Source: Macrostomum hystrix
Lineage: Eukaryota > Animalia > Platyhelminthes
Length of the DNA stretch: 64,000 nucleotides
Reading direction: 5' to 3'
Assembly (NCBI GenBank): GCA_950097015.1
Contig: CATNEN010000001.1
Location: 20,088,001 to 20,152,000, forward strand
Shown: one piece after another, positions 23,149-34,410 of the stretch
Numbering within the stretch: the stretch's first letter is position 1
Layout of the letters: the number at the start of each line of letters is the position of its first letter
The notes under the pieces: generated by a model
What the model was told of the DNA's origin: nothing
Database searches by the model: none
The model's input: the letters and a program-made list of their open reading frames with translations, nothing else
Position numbers and translations under genes: made by a program

Positions 23149-24403
23149 ATGACACCACAGTCAACAAGTAATAATTGGCAGCGATTTCCTAGTTCGTCAG
23201 TCCAAGGCATCACAATATCAATGCGATTATTTTGTGGTCTAAAAGAGCCTGCTAAAGTACATGCCAGTGCCCTGCAGGGTGCACTCAATGGTGCTTTGGT
23301 TTCTGCCACATTGGTAGGTGGACTTTTTACAAAGTTTTCATCCATATATTCAAACTATAATATATAGTAGTATATAGTATATGCAAACTATAATAGTCAC
23401 TATAGTAGTCACTATATTAGAATGCATAGTCTCTAGATTAGGATCCATAGTCACTAGATTGGGATCCATAGTCACTAGATTGGGATCTATGGTCACTAGA
23501 TTGGGATCCATAGTCACTAGATTTGGATCCATGGTCACTAGATTGGGATCCATAGTCACTAGATTGGGATCCATGGTCACTATATTGGGATCCATAGTCA
23601 CTAGATTGGGATCCATGGTCACTAGATTGGGATCCATAGTCACTAGATTGGGATCCATGGTCACTAGATTGGGATCCATAGTCACTAGATTGGGATCCAT
23701 AGTCACTAGATTGGGATCCACAGTCACTAGATTGGGATCCATAGTCACTAGATTGGGATCCATAGTCACTAGATTGGGATCCACAGTCACTAGATTGGGA
23801 TCCATAGTCACTAGATTGGGATCCACAGTCACTAGACTAAGATCCTTAGTCACTAGATTTGAATCCAATGCTACTAGATTGGGATCCATAGTTGCTGGAT
23901 TATTATGCATAGGCATAAATAATAGTATGGATAGTTTGAAATCCCTAGTCCTTTCTCATACCCATCCCCAGGTCCTGGATCGTTTGCAGCTTCTAACCGC
24001 GGCCAATCAGGCCCTTAGCCACCAGGCCGAAGGTCGAATGTGTACAAAATCCATCCACACGGAGCTGCTGTACTGTCTGTCGCCGACTAAGAACATCAGT
24101 CAGTCTTTGTCAACATTCGGCATCAATGATCGCACACAGTCGTGCGTGGCTGTGGTATTTCACCCTGCCTCAGCTGCTGATCTTGATCAAGTTGAGCTGG
24201 AGCTGGCTAACCAGTTGGAATGCAATGACACTGATGCTGCCGACTTCACTGACTCTGATTTGAATCCGCTGTGCGACCTGGTACAGCTGGGTAGTGTGTA
24301 CAAAGTGACACCGGAGGAGCAGGAGATGATCAAGGTGTCTGGCGACTCGCTCAGCATGTCCCTAGTGACTAGGATTGCCTGCAAGGATATTGTCACTGTT
24401 TAA
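23149..24403 (+). CDS. TPRKB: EKC/KEOPS subunit TPRKB (CGI-121); exons 23149-23313 and 23972-24403
   Basis: ALVSATL|VLDRLQLLTAANQAL...MCTKSIHTELLYCLSPTKNISQSLSTFGI...YKVTPEE...LVTRIACKD matches the CGI-121 family. Phase-0 GT-AG intron. Confidence 0.92.
23430..23895. repeat. Intronic minisatellite, 21-bp unit (gtcactagattgggatccata)
   Basis: Tandem copies inside the TPRKB intron. Confidence 0.94.
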
Positions 24404-24647
24404 TCAATTCACTAATTTGCCTACTCATTAACTGCTCAGTTTACTGGCATTGCGTCTAATAAAATCCTGGACAACAAGAAAGTGTCAGCATTCAGAAAAT
24501 ATAAAATTGTAACTTGTCTTTTTTATTTTTTAACTTTGTCAACGAACTTAATATTGCTAATAGTAGCTTTTAGGTAGTAGATACGATATTTATATAATTG
24601 GATTTTGAAGGTTATCTATTGCTGCTTCCAATTTCTTCCGGCAAGTC

Positions 24648-27292
24648 ACACCCTCAGACCCTTCTATTGCTTCCGCTTTCCTGGAATACCACACCCTCAG
24701 ACCCTTCTATTGCTTCCGCTTTCCTAGAATACCACACCCTCAGACCCTTCTATTGCTTCCGCTTTCCTAGAATACCACACCCTCAGACCCTTCTATCGCT
24801 TCCGCTTTCCTAGAATACCACACCCTCAGACCCTTCTATTGCTTCCGCTTTCCTAGAATACCACACCCTCAGACCCTTCTATTGCTTCCGCTTTCCTGGA
24901 ATACCACACCCTCAGACCCTTCTATTGCTTCCGCTTTCCTGGAATGTCTCACCCTCAGACCCTTCTATTTCTTCCGCTTTCCTGGAATGTCTCACCCTCA
25001 GACCCTTCTATTGCTTCCGCTTTCCTAGAATACCACACCCTCAGACCCTTCTATTGCTTCCGCTTTCCTAGAATACCACACCCTCAGACCCTTCTATTGC
25101 TTCCGCTTTCCTAGAATACCACACCCTCAGACCCTTCTATTTCTTCCGCTTTCCTGGAATGTCTCACCCTCAGACCCTTCTATTGCTTCCGCTTTCCTAG
25201 AATACCACACCCTCAGACCCTTCTATTGCTTCCGCTTTCCTAGAATACCACACCCTCAGACCCTTCTATTGCTTCCGCTTTCCTGGAATACCACACCCTC
25301 AGACCCTTCTATTGCTTCCGCTTTCCTAGAATACCACACCCTCAGACCCTTCTATTGCTTCCGCTTTCCTAGAATACCACACCCTCAGACCCTTCTATTG
25401 CTTCCGCTTTCCTGGAATACCACACCCTCAGACCCTTCTATTGCTTCCGCTTTCCTAGAATACCACACCCTCAGACCCTTCTATTGCTTCCGCTTTCCTA
25501 GAATACCACACCCTCAGACCCTTCTATTGCTTCCGCTTTCCTGGAATACCACACCCTCAGACCCTTCTATTGCTTCCGCTTTCCTAGAATACCACACCCT
25601 CAGACCCTTCTATTGCTTCCGCTTTCCTAGAATACCACACCCTCAGACCCTTCTATTGCTTCCGCTTTCCTAGAATACCACACCCTCAGACCCTTCTATT
25701 GCTTCCGCTTTCCTAGAATACCACACACTCAAACCCTTCTATTGCTTCCGCTTTCCTTGAATGTCTCACCCTCAGACACTTCTATTGCTTCCGCTTTCCT
25801 AGAATACCACACACTCAGACCCTTCCATTGCTTCCGCTTTCCTAGAATACCACACCCTCAGACCTTTCTATTGCTTCCGCTTTCCTGGAATGTCTCACCC
25901 TCAGACCCTTCTATTGCTTCCGCTTTCCTAGAATACCACACCCTCAGACCTTTCTATTGCTTCCGCTTTCCTGGAATGTCTCACCCTCAGACTCTTCTAT
26001 TATTTCCGGTTTCCTGGAATGTCTCACCCTCAGACTCTTCTATTATTTCCGGTTTCCTGGAATGTCTCACCCTCAGACCCTTCTATTGCTTCCGCTTTCC
26101 TAGAATACCACACCCTCAGACCCTTCTATTGCTTCCGCTTTCCTAGAATACCACACCCTCAGACCCTTCTATTGCTTCCGCTTTCCTAGAATACCACACC
26201 CTCAGACCCTTCTATTTCTTCCGCTTTCCTGGAATGTCTCACCCTCAGACCCTTCTATTGCTTCCGCTTTCCTAGAATACCACACCCTCAGACCCTTCTA
26301 TTGCTTCCGCTTTCCTAGAATACCACACCCTCAGACCCTTCTATTGCTTCCGCTTTCCTGGAATACCACACCCTCAGACCCTTCTATTGCTTCCGCTTTC
26401 CTAGAATACCACACCCTCAGACCCTTCTATTGCTTCCGCTTTCCTAGAATACCACACCCTCAGACCCTTCTATTGCTTCCGCTTTCCTGGAATACCACAC
26501 CCTCAGACCCTTCTATTGCTTCCGCTTTCCTAGAATACCACACCCTCAGACCCTTCTATTGCTTCCGCTTTCCTAGAATACCACACCCTCAGACCCTTCT
26601 ATTGCTTCCGCTTTCCTGGAATACCACACCCTCAGACCCTTCTATTGCTTCCGCTTTCCTAGAATACCACACCCTCAGACCCTTCTATTGCTTCCGCTTT
26701 CCTAGAATACCACACCCTCAGACCCTTCTATTGCTTCCGCTTTCCTAGAATACCACACCCTCAGACCCTTCTATTGCTTCCGCTTTCCTAGAATACCACA
26801 CACTCAAACCCTTCTATTGCTTCCGCTTTCCTTGAATGTCTCACCCTCAGACACTTCTATTGCTTCCGCTTTCCTAGAATACCACACACTCAGACCCTTC
26901 CATTGCTTCCGCTTTCCTAGAATACCACACCCTCAGACCTTTCTATTGCTTCCGCTTTCCTGGAATGTCTCACCCTCAGACCCTTCTATTGCTTCCGCTT
27001 TCCTAGAATACCACACCCTCAGACCTTTCTATTGCTTCCGCTTTCCTGGAATGTCTCACCCTCAGACTCTTCTATTATTTCCGGTTTCCTGGAATGTCTC
27101 ACCCTCAGACTCTTCTATTATTTCCGGTTTCCTGGAATGTCTCACCCTCAGACTCTTCTATTATTTCCGGTTTCCTGGAATGTCTCACCCTCAGACTCTT
27201 CTATTATTTCCGGTTTCCTGGAATGTCTCACCCTCAGACTCTTTTATTATTTCCGGTTTCCTGGAACGTTACACCCTCAGACCCTTCTATTG
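24648..27292. repeat. Intergenic minisatellite, 43-bp unit, containing a 1,075-bp (25-unit) higher-order duplication
   Basis: Unit aataccacaccctcagacccttctattgcttccgctttcctag; the ORF pairs 25269/26344 and 25742/26817 are offset by 1,075 bp. Confidence 0.96.
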
Positions 27293-27332
27293 TCAATCTC
27301 AGTTTGAATTCGCGCTTGTTTTCATTCCAAAG

Positions 27333-28106
27333 GACGCCGAGATTCGCCAGCTCTGGCAGCGTCACAGTCGCCAGCTCATTGACCTGACGCTCGCCTACTC
27401 CGCCGCTGATGGTAGGCTTCGATCGGCTTGTCGTCAGTTGCGTCGCGACCTGCTGCTGGTGGGTGAAGATGGCAATGTCGCCGCTGCCGCTGACAGCGAC
27501 AATGACTCGGTGGCTTCATCGTCAACCAGTTCAGAGTCCGATTCAGCAAAGGACACTGAGGACAAAATGAGCTCAAACATCAGTAGACTGTTGCGCTGTC
27601 ACGCCAGATGTCAGATGCATTTGGATCAGTTGAGAATGATAGCTGATAATCTAGTGACTTTATCCAGCAAATGTGAAGCCACACTGAAACTAAGCGAGAG
27701 CTCTGCACCAGCACTGATAAACGGCAGTTTGACCCGCAACCAGCTCACCTCTACTGCCTGTCAAGCTGCCAAATTGTTGTCGGAAGATTGTCAGGTGAAA
27801 TCGCGTCAACTGGCTGTGATGTGTCACGCTAGCGGTGGTCGCAATAGTCTGGAAGGATTGCTAGCCTATCACTCAGTAAGGTTCAATGCATTTAAGACTA
27901 GATTATCGTCTGCGGAAACTCTGGGCGAGGTGTGCTCTCGAGTTGTCATGGACTCGGTGGCTGCTTCTTCCTGCAGTTTGACTTCAAGCTCAACTCCAGA
28001 TGCTAAGAAGAATAGGCAGTCTTCTCAGCAGTTGGCTGCATCAGCAGCAGCCTCTGCTGCCGGCTTTGATCTTCAGAATTGTTTGTCCGCATTTTGTGTG
28101 CTCTGA
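27333..28106 (+). CDS. CINP-like (CDK2-interacting protein) helical protein; exon starts at acceptor ccaaag|GAC, first in-frame ATG only at 27567
   Basis: CQMHLDQLRMIADNLVTLSSKCEATLKL resembles CINP LQATLDGLTKIQVKMEKLSSTTKGICEL, and QVKSRQLAVMCH resembles LLKRTVAKELAH (compared from memory). Coding-like GC content starts at the acceptor. Confidence 0.55.
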   Translation, partial: DAEIRQLWQRHSRQLIDLTLAYSAADGRLRSACRQLRRDLLLVGEDGNVAAAADSDNDSVASSSTSSESDSAKDTEDKMSSNISRLLRCHARCQMHLDQLRMIADNLVTLSSKCEATLKLSESSAPALINGSLTRNQLTSTACQAAKLLSEDCQVKSRQLAVMCHASGGRNSLEGLLAYHSVRFNAFKTRLSSAETLGEVCSRVVMDSVAASSCSLTSSSTPDAKKNRQSSQQLAASAAASAAGFDLQNCLSAFCVL

Positions 28107-28312
28107 CACTTCTTTCATGAGTAAATAAGCACCGGTAATTGCATGGTCTGTCTGTCGTCTTGTGTTAGTTTTTTTATATTTTTCAAGTGACAGTTTTACA
28201 ATGAGAGCGACCGTGCTAGGTAGAGTGACATTCGAGGGTATTGAGGGACAGTCGATGGGTAGAGAGGACAATCTAAGGATTGAGTATTGACAGTCACAAG
28301 GTTGAGAGTGCA

Positions 28313-29460
28313 TGACAGTATCATATGGTAGCGAGTGACAGTATCATATGGTAGCGAGTGACAGCATCATATGGTAGCGAGTGACAGTATCATATGGTAG
28401 CGAGTGACAGCATCATTTGGTAGCGAGTGACAGTATCATATGGTAGCGAGTGACAGTATCATATGGTAGCGAGTGACAGTATCATATGGTAGCGAGTGAC
28501 AGTATCATATGGTAGCGAGTGACAGCATCATTTGGTAGCGAGTGACAGTATCATATGGTAGCGAGTGACAGTATCGTATGGTAGCGAGTGACAGCATCAT
28601 ATGGTAGCGAGTTGACAGCATCATATGGTAGCGAGTGACAGTATCATATGGTAGCGAGTGACAGCATCATTTGGTAGCGAATGACAGTATCGTATGGTAG
28701 CGAGTGACAGCATCATATGGTAGCGAGTGACAGCATCATATGGTAGCGAGTGACAGCATCATATGGTAGCGAGTGACAGCATCATATGGTAGCGAGTGAC
28801 AGTATCATATGGTAGCGAGTGACAGTATCATATGGTAGCGAGTGACAGCATCATATGGTAGCGAGTGACAGTATCATATGGTAGCGAGTGACAGCATCAT
28901 TTGGTAGCGAGTGACAGTATCATATGGTAGCGAGTGACAGTATGGTATGGTAGCGAGTGACAGCATCATATGGTAGCGAGTTGACAGCATCATATGGTAG
29001 CGAGTGACAGTCGAAAGGCTGAGAGTGGCAGTCGAAGGGCAAAAAGTGACAGTCGAAGGGCAGAGAGTGACAATCAAAGTATTGAGTATTGACAGTCACA
29101 AGGTTGAGAGTGACAGTCGATGGGTAGAGAGTGACAGTATCATATGGTAGCGAGTGACAGTCGAAAGGCTGAAAGTGGCAGTCGAAGGGTAGAAAGTGTC
29201 AGTCGAAGGGCAAAGAGTGACAGTCGAAGGGCAGAGAGTGACAATCAAAGTATTGAGTATTGACAGTCACAAGGTTGAGAGTGACAGTCGATGGGTAGAG
29301 AGTGACAGTAGAAGGGCAGAGAGTGACAGTCGAAGGGTATTGAGTGACAGTCGATGGGCAGAGAGTGACGGTCGAAGGGTATTGAGTGACAGTCGATGGG
29401 TAGAGAGTGACAATCTAAGGATTGAGTATCGACAGTCACAAGGTGAGAGAGGGAAGAGTG
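28313..29460. repeat. Intergenic minisatellite, 23-bp unit (gtgacagtatcatatggtagcga) grading into a related ~20-bp unit
   Basis: Tandem copies between the CINP-like and FAM173-like genes. Confidence 0.93.
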
Positions 29461-29524
29461 ACAGAATTGAGATGAAGCTTGGAAGCATTCTGATTAGAAT
29501 CTGTGATGACAAATTTCAGATTCG

Positions 29525-31379
29525 ATGACAGGCGACACGCAGCCAAGCGCTGGCAATGCCGCCTCCGACGGCACCTGCAGCCTCGGCGGCGACATCTGCA
29601 GCCTCTCGGACCTGGCGTCGGCGTCGCCCAGCACCCCGGCCTCGCCCTATCGCCGTCTGGCAGTCGGCATCGCTTGCGGCGCGTGCGCTCTGGGCATGGC
29701 GCTCGCCGCGGCGCCGTTTCTCACGCCGGCCCTGCGCCGCCACGCCTTGCCATTTGTGCCGGCCACTGACAGCCAGGTGGCCAATGTGTTTCACCTGCTG
29801 AAGAAAAACGGCTGCGTTACTAAAGTACCAAGCCAGCCCCTGAGACTGGTGAGAAATCTGACGCCTTTCTAAGAAACCGGATTGATTTTCTCGCTCCTGA
29901 TAGATCAGGGGGTAGAATAACAATAATTGCAGGAGGGCTGCGGGCAATGGCACATCATTTGGTGGCACTAGACTTACAGCTAGCGTGGAGGCAATCCTGC
30001 CTATTTCGCTGACTCCTGAGCACACACGCACACAGGTGTTTACATCAGTCCTGACTTTGACATCGTCAGGCAATGTACGCTCTCACTGTGCCTTGGAGGT
30101 TGGTCCTCAAGGGCGTAAGTTCCTCGACAAGCACCCAAGCCTTCTCTCCGCGACTGCGCCCCAAACGAATGTTGCCTCGCCGCGGAATCGAGCTCAGGAG
30201 GGGGTAGAATACTCCTGAAGTATCAGGGGTAGAATACTCCTGAAGTATCAGGGGATAGAATACTCCTGAAGTATCAGGGGTAGAATACTCCTGAAGTATC
30301 AGGGGATAGAATACTCCTGAAGTATCAGGGGTAGAATACTCCTGAAGTATCAGGGGATAGAATACTCCTGAAGTATCAGGGGTAGAATACTCCTGAAGTA
30401 TCAGGGGGTAGAATACTCCTGAAGTATCAGGGGGTAGAATACTCCTGAAGTATCAGGGGTAGAATACTCCTGAAATCAGCGGGTAGAATACTCCTGAAGT
30501 ATCAGGGGGTAGAATACTCCTGAAGTATCAGGGGTAGAATACTCCTGAAATCAGCGGGTAGAATACTCCTGAAGTATCAGGGGGTAGAATACTCCTGAAG
30601 TATCAGGGGGTAGAATACTCCTGAAGTATCAGCGGATAGAATACTCCTGAAGTATCAGGGGGTAGAATACTCCTGAAATCAGCGGGTAGAATACTCCTGA
30701 AGTGTCAGGGGTAGAATACTCCTGAAGTATCAGGGGGTAGAATACTCCTGAAGTATCAGGGGGTAGAATACTCCTGGAGTATCAGGGGGTAGAATACTCC
30801 TGAAGTATCAGGGGGGTAGAATACTCCTGAAGTATCAGGGGATAGAATACTCCTGGAGTATCAGCGGATAGAATACTCCTGGAGTATCAGGGGGTAGAAT
30901 ACTCCTGGAGTATCAGGGGGTAGAATACTCCTGAGGTATCAGGGGGTAGAATACTTGGAGCTAGCAGTCTTCTGAAGTATCATCAACTCCTCCTCGCCAT
31001 CTGGCAGATTGACCTTGGCTCCGGGGACGGTCGCATTGTCCGCGAAGCATCCAGACGGCTGTACCAGGCCACGGGGGTGGAGCTGAACCTGCCCCTGGTG
31101 CTGTACAGTCGGCTGGCCTCAATGCGGCTGAATTGCATTCACAAGCCGAAGTACATTCGCGCCGACCTGTTGCGTCACTCGCTGGCCACCTACGATGTAG
31201 TGGTGATCTTCGGCGTCGAGTCGCTGATGCAGCCGCTGCAGTTGAAGCTGGAATCCGAACTGCACCCGGATGCCCGGGTGCTGGCCTGCCGCTACCGACT
31301 GCCCGGCTGGCGGCATGTCGACCAGATCAACGACGGCGTGGACTCCGTGTGGCTGTACCGACCGCCCCAGATAAGATAG
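29525..31379 (+). CDS. FAM173-family (ANTKMT/ATPSCKMT) mitochondrial lysine methyltransferase; exons 29525-29848 and 31008-31379
   Basis: TM helix, then APFLTPALRRHALPFVPATDSQVANV, RL|IDLGSGDGRIV, GVELNLPLVLYSR, VVIFGVESLM..L..KL..EL..RVLACRY.LP.W, DGVDSVWLY. A versus B paralogue not resolved. Confidence 0.92.
29920..30200 (-). mobile_element. SINE family A, 5'-truncated copy in the FAM173 intron
   Basis: Reverse-complement match to 5659-6043 from the B box to the tail; flanked by ggggtagaata on both sides. Confidence 0.85.
30201..30985. repeat. Intronic minisatellite, 25-26-bp unit (gaatactcctgaagtatcagg(g)ggta)
   Basis: Tandem copies; each unit holds the inverted repeat cctga...tcagg. Confidence 0.94.
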
Positions 31380-31711
31380 GACCAGCAGCGTTCTCAGCAG
31401 TTAACGGTAGAAAGCGGGGGTATTTCAAACACCAACTGCCTTCTTCACGGTGGGCACCAATGATAATAATCATTGTCAATCAAGCTTAGTAGATAAGATC
31501 GATATTTTATATATATATTAATTTTCGCGCATTTTTCTGGAACGCTTTGCCATATTTTACTCATTAATTGTTTGAACCATGGTCTGACGTTGCTCATTAA
31601 TAAGCGATGTTAATTAGTGCTTGTTTAGTTTCGATTCTCGTGTCTTTTATTTTTTGACAGCAGCTCTTGACTAGTTAAATTTATTAGAACTCACCAATCG
31701 AATAAAAACTC

Positions 31712-32325
31712 TAGAGGATTCTTAATTTTGAATGTTCGTCTTCCCAGATCCTCAATTTGAGATTATTGTCATCCCAGGTCCTTAATTTATGAATACTGTC
31801 ATCCCATGTCCTAAATTTGGGATTATTGTCATCCCATGTCCTAAATTTGGGATTATTGTCATCCCAGGTCCTTAATTTGGGATTATTGTCATCCCACATT
31901 CTAAATGTAAGATTATTGTCATCCCAGATCCTCAATTTGGGATTATTGTCATCCCAGATCCTCAATTTGGGATTATTGTCATCCCAGATCCCCAATGTAG
32001 GATTATTGTCATCCCAGATCCCCAATTTAGGATTATTGTCATCCCAGATCCCCAATTTAGGATTATTGTCATCCCAGATCCCCAATTTAGGATTATTGTC
32101 ATCCCAGATCCCCAATTTAGGATTATTGTCATCCCAGATCCTCAATTTTTTAATACAGTTTTCCTAGATTCTTAATTCGAGAATACTGTCTTCCTAGATC
32201 CTTAAGTTGGGATTATCTTCCCAGATCCCCAATTTCGGGAATATTTTCATCCGAGATCCCCAATTTATAAATACTGGTTTCCCAGATCCTCAATTTGGGA
32301 ATACTGCCGTTCTAGATCCTTAATA
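31712..32325. repeat. Intergenic minisatellite, 30-bp unit (atcccagatccccaatttaggattattgtc)
   Basis: Begins right after the AATAAA at 31701. Confidence 0.92.
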
Positions 32326-32467
32326 AGAGGGTACTGTTTGCTGTTTTTTGCCTGAGTAGTATTACTTTTTAGAAAAAGCTAGCAGCACTACTCATGGCTA
32401 GTCAGTAGTCTCACAAGCATATGCATTAACATTGTTTTAAACGGGACATTTCAGCAGCGAAGCCCGA

Positions 32468-33031
32468 ATGAGCGACACTGACTCAGCGAGCACAGATGCT
32501 CAAAGTGGCAGCGCAGGATTAGGGAGAGTAGAAGGAATTAATGATCCAACATCGCCGGAGTCTAGCCAGCAGCATCAGCGGCAGCAAGCAGTCCAGCGCC
32601 CGGAGGCACTAACAGCTGCCTTCCTGTCGATGATTGACGAGCCTTCGCTGCACGTGATCTTCGCCTCCCAGGCGGAGATGCTGGAACGCTTCGAGCGGGC
32701 CAATCACATGCTGACCAACTTCAACGACCTGTCGCTTGGCAGGTTTCGACAATTGAGCGCCGAATTTCGTCAGCATCAGCAGACTCTGGACGAGTTGAGA
32801 AAAGATATTGAGCTTGTGTTCAAGCGAATCAACAATATCAAACGACTGACAGAGAGACAGCACCCGGAGCACTTCGCTGCCGCCGTGGCCGCAGTGGGCG
32901 ACGCACCCACGTTGAGCCAGGCGGCCTCCGAGTGCGACTTAGCATCCGCCTCCTTGAGCACACCGACTTCCCCTGCTCAAACTGCCTTGTGGAGTCCTCT
33001 CACTGGCGGAAGTCATGCTACTCACTCATAG
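32468..33031 (+). CDS. KXD1: KxDL motif-containing protein 1 (BORC subunit)
   Basis: FLSMID...SQAEMLERFERANHMLTNFNDLSLGRF...FRQHQQTLDELRKDIELVFKRINNIK...QHPEHF. Acceptor tttcag lies 13 nt before the ATG. Confidence 0.92.
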   Translation: MSDTDSASTDAQSGSAGLGRVEGINDPTSPESSQQHQRQQAVQRPEALTAAFLSMIDEPSLHVIFASQAEMLERFERANHMLTNFNDLSLGRFRQLSAEFRQHQQTLDELRKDIELVFKRINNIKRLTERQHPEHFAAAVAAVGDAPTLSQAASECDLASASLSTPTSPAQTALWSPLTGGSHATHS

Positions 33032-33374
33032 TACTACTATAAGTAGCATGTGCGGATATGCTTTCGTTTTGTTTGCAATGATAATTTTGGCATGTATCTC
33101 TTAGATTCTAATCGAGATGTGTTATTCCAATAATCGATCGCCTCAGTTTACTACTGAACACATTCTAGTTTTTATGTTTTAATTGTTGCCATTATTTATT
33201 AACAGTACTAAAGTTCTTATTTGTATATATGTAAACAACAAATATAACAACATTCAGTTGATTAAGCAGTTTTGTAATGAATCTTATGATGTTTTATAAA
33301 CGTTATTTTCTCAGTTCTTTTTGGTTTTGAAAATAACGGCTGGAAATAACAGCGATTATTTTAACGCGATCCCG

Positions 33375-34330
33375 AAGAATCACTCCAAATCCCATAGAAT
33401 CACTCCAAATCCCATAGATTCACTCCAAATCCCATAGAATCACTCCAATTCAAAAAGAATCACTGCAAATCCCATAGAATTACTCCAAATCCCATAGAAT
33501 GACTCCAAATCTCATAGAATGACTCCAAATCCCATAGAATTCCTCCAAATCTCATAGAATGACTCCAAATCCCATAGAATCACTCCAAATCCCATAGAAT
33601 CACTCCAAATCTCATAGAATGACTCCAAATCGCATAGAATGACTCCAAATCCCATAGAATCCCTCCAAATCCCATAGAATCACTCCAAATCCCATAGAAT
33701 CCCTCTAAATCCCATAGAATCACTCCAAATCCCATAGAATCACTCCAAATCCCATAGAATCCCTCTAAATCCCATAGAATCACTCCAAATCCCATACAAT
33801 TCCTCCAAATCCCCTAGAATCACTCCAAATCCCATAGAATCACTCCAAATCCCATAGAATCCCTCCAAATCCCATAGAATCACTCCAAATCCCATAGAAT
33901 CCCTCTAAATCCCATAGAATCACTCCAAATCCCATACAATTCCTCCAAATCCCCTAGAATCACTCCAAATCCCATAGAATCACTCCAAATCCCATAGAAT
34001 CACTCCAAATCCGATAGAATCACTCCAAATCCTATAGAATCCCTTCAAAACCCATACAATCACTCTAAATCCCATAGAATCACTCCAAATCCCATACAGT
34101 CACTCTAAATCCCATAGAATCACTCCAAATCCCATACAGTCACTCTAAATCCCATAGAATCACCCCAAATCCCATAGAATCACTCCAAATCCCATAGAAT
34201 CACTCCAAATCCCATAGAATCACTCCAAATCGCATAGAATCACCCCAAATCGCCTAGAATCACCCCCAAATCCCATAGAATCACCCCAAATTCCATAGAA
34301 TCACTCCAAATCCCATAGAATCACTCCAAA
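33375..34330. repeat. Intergenic minisatellite, 20-bp unit (cactccaaatcccatagaat)
   Basis: About 47 tandem copies, each made of two related 10-mers. Confidence 0.95.
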
Positions 34331-34410
34331 TTTATATATTTACTCCCAGTCCCATATGATCTCTCCAAATTTTGACTTCAAAATTAAATTTCCCCTGTCA
34401 GCCAGTGTGC

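Noticed and set aside
26817-27332. N-terminal 172 aa of the 429-aa ORF
   Set aside because: Derived from the 43-bp array, with a non-ATG start; coding-like sequence begins only after the acceptor at 27332.
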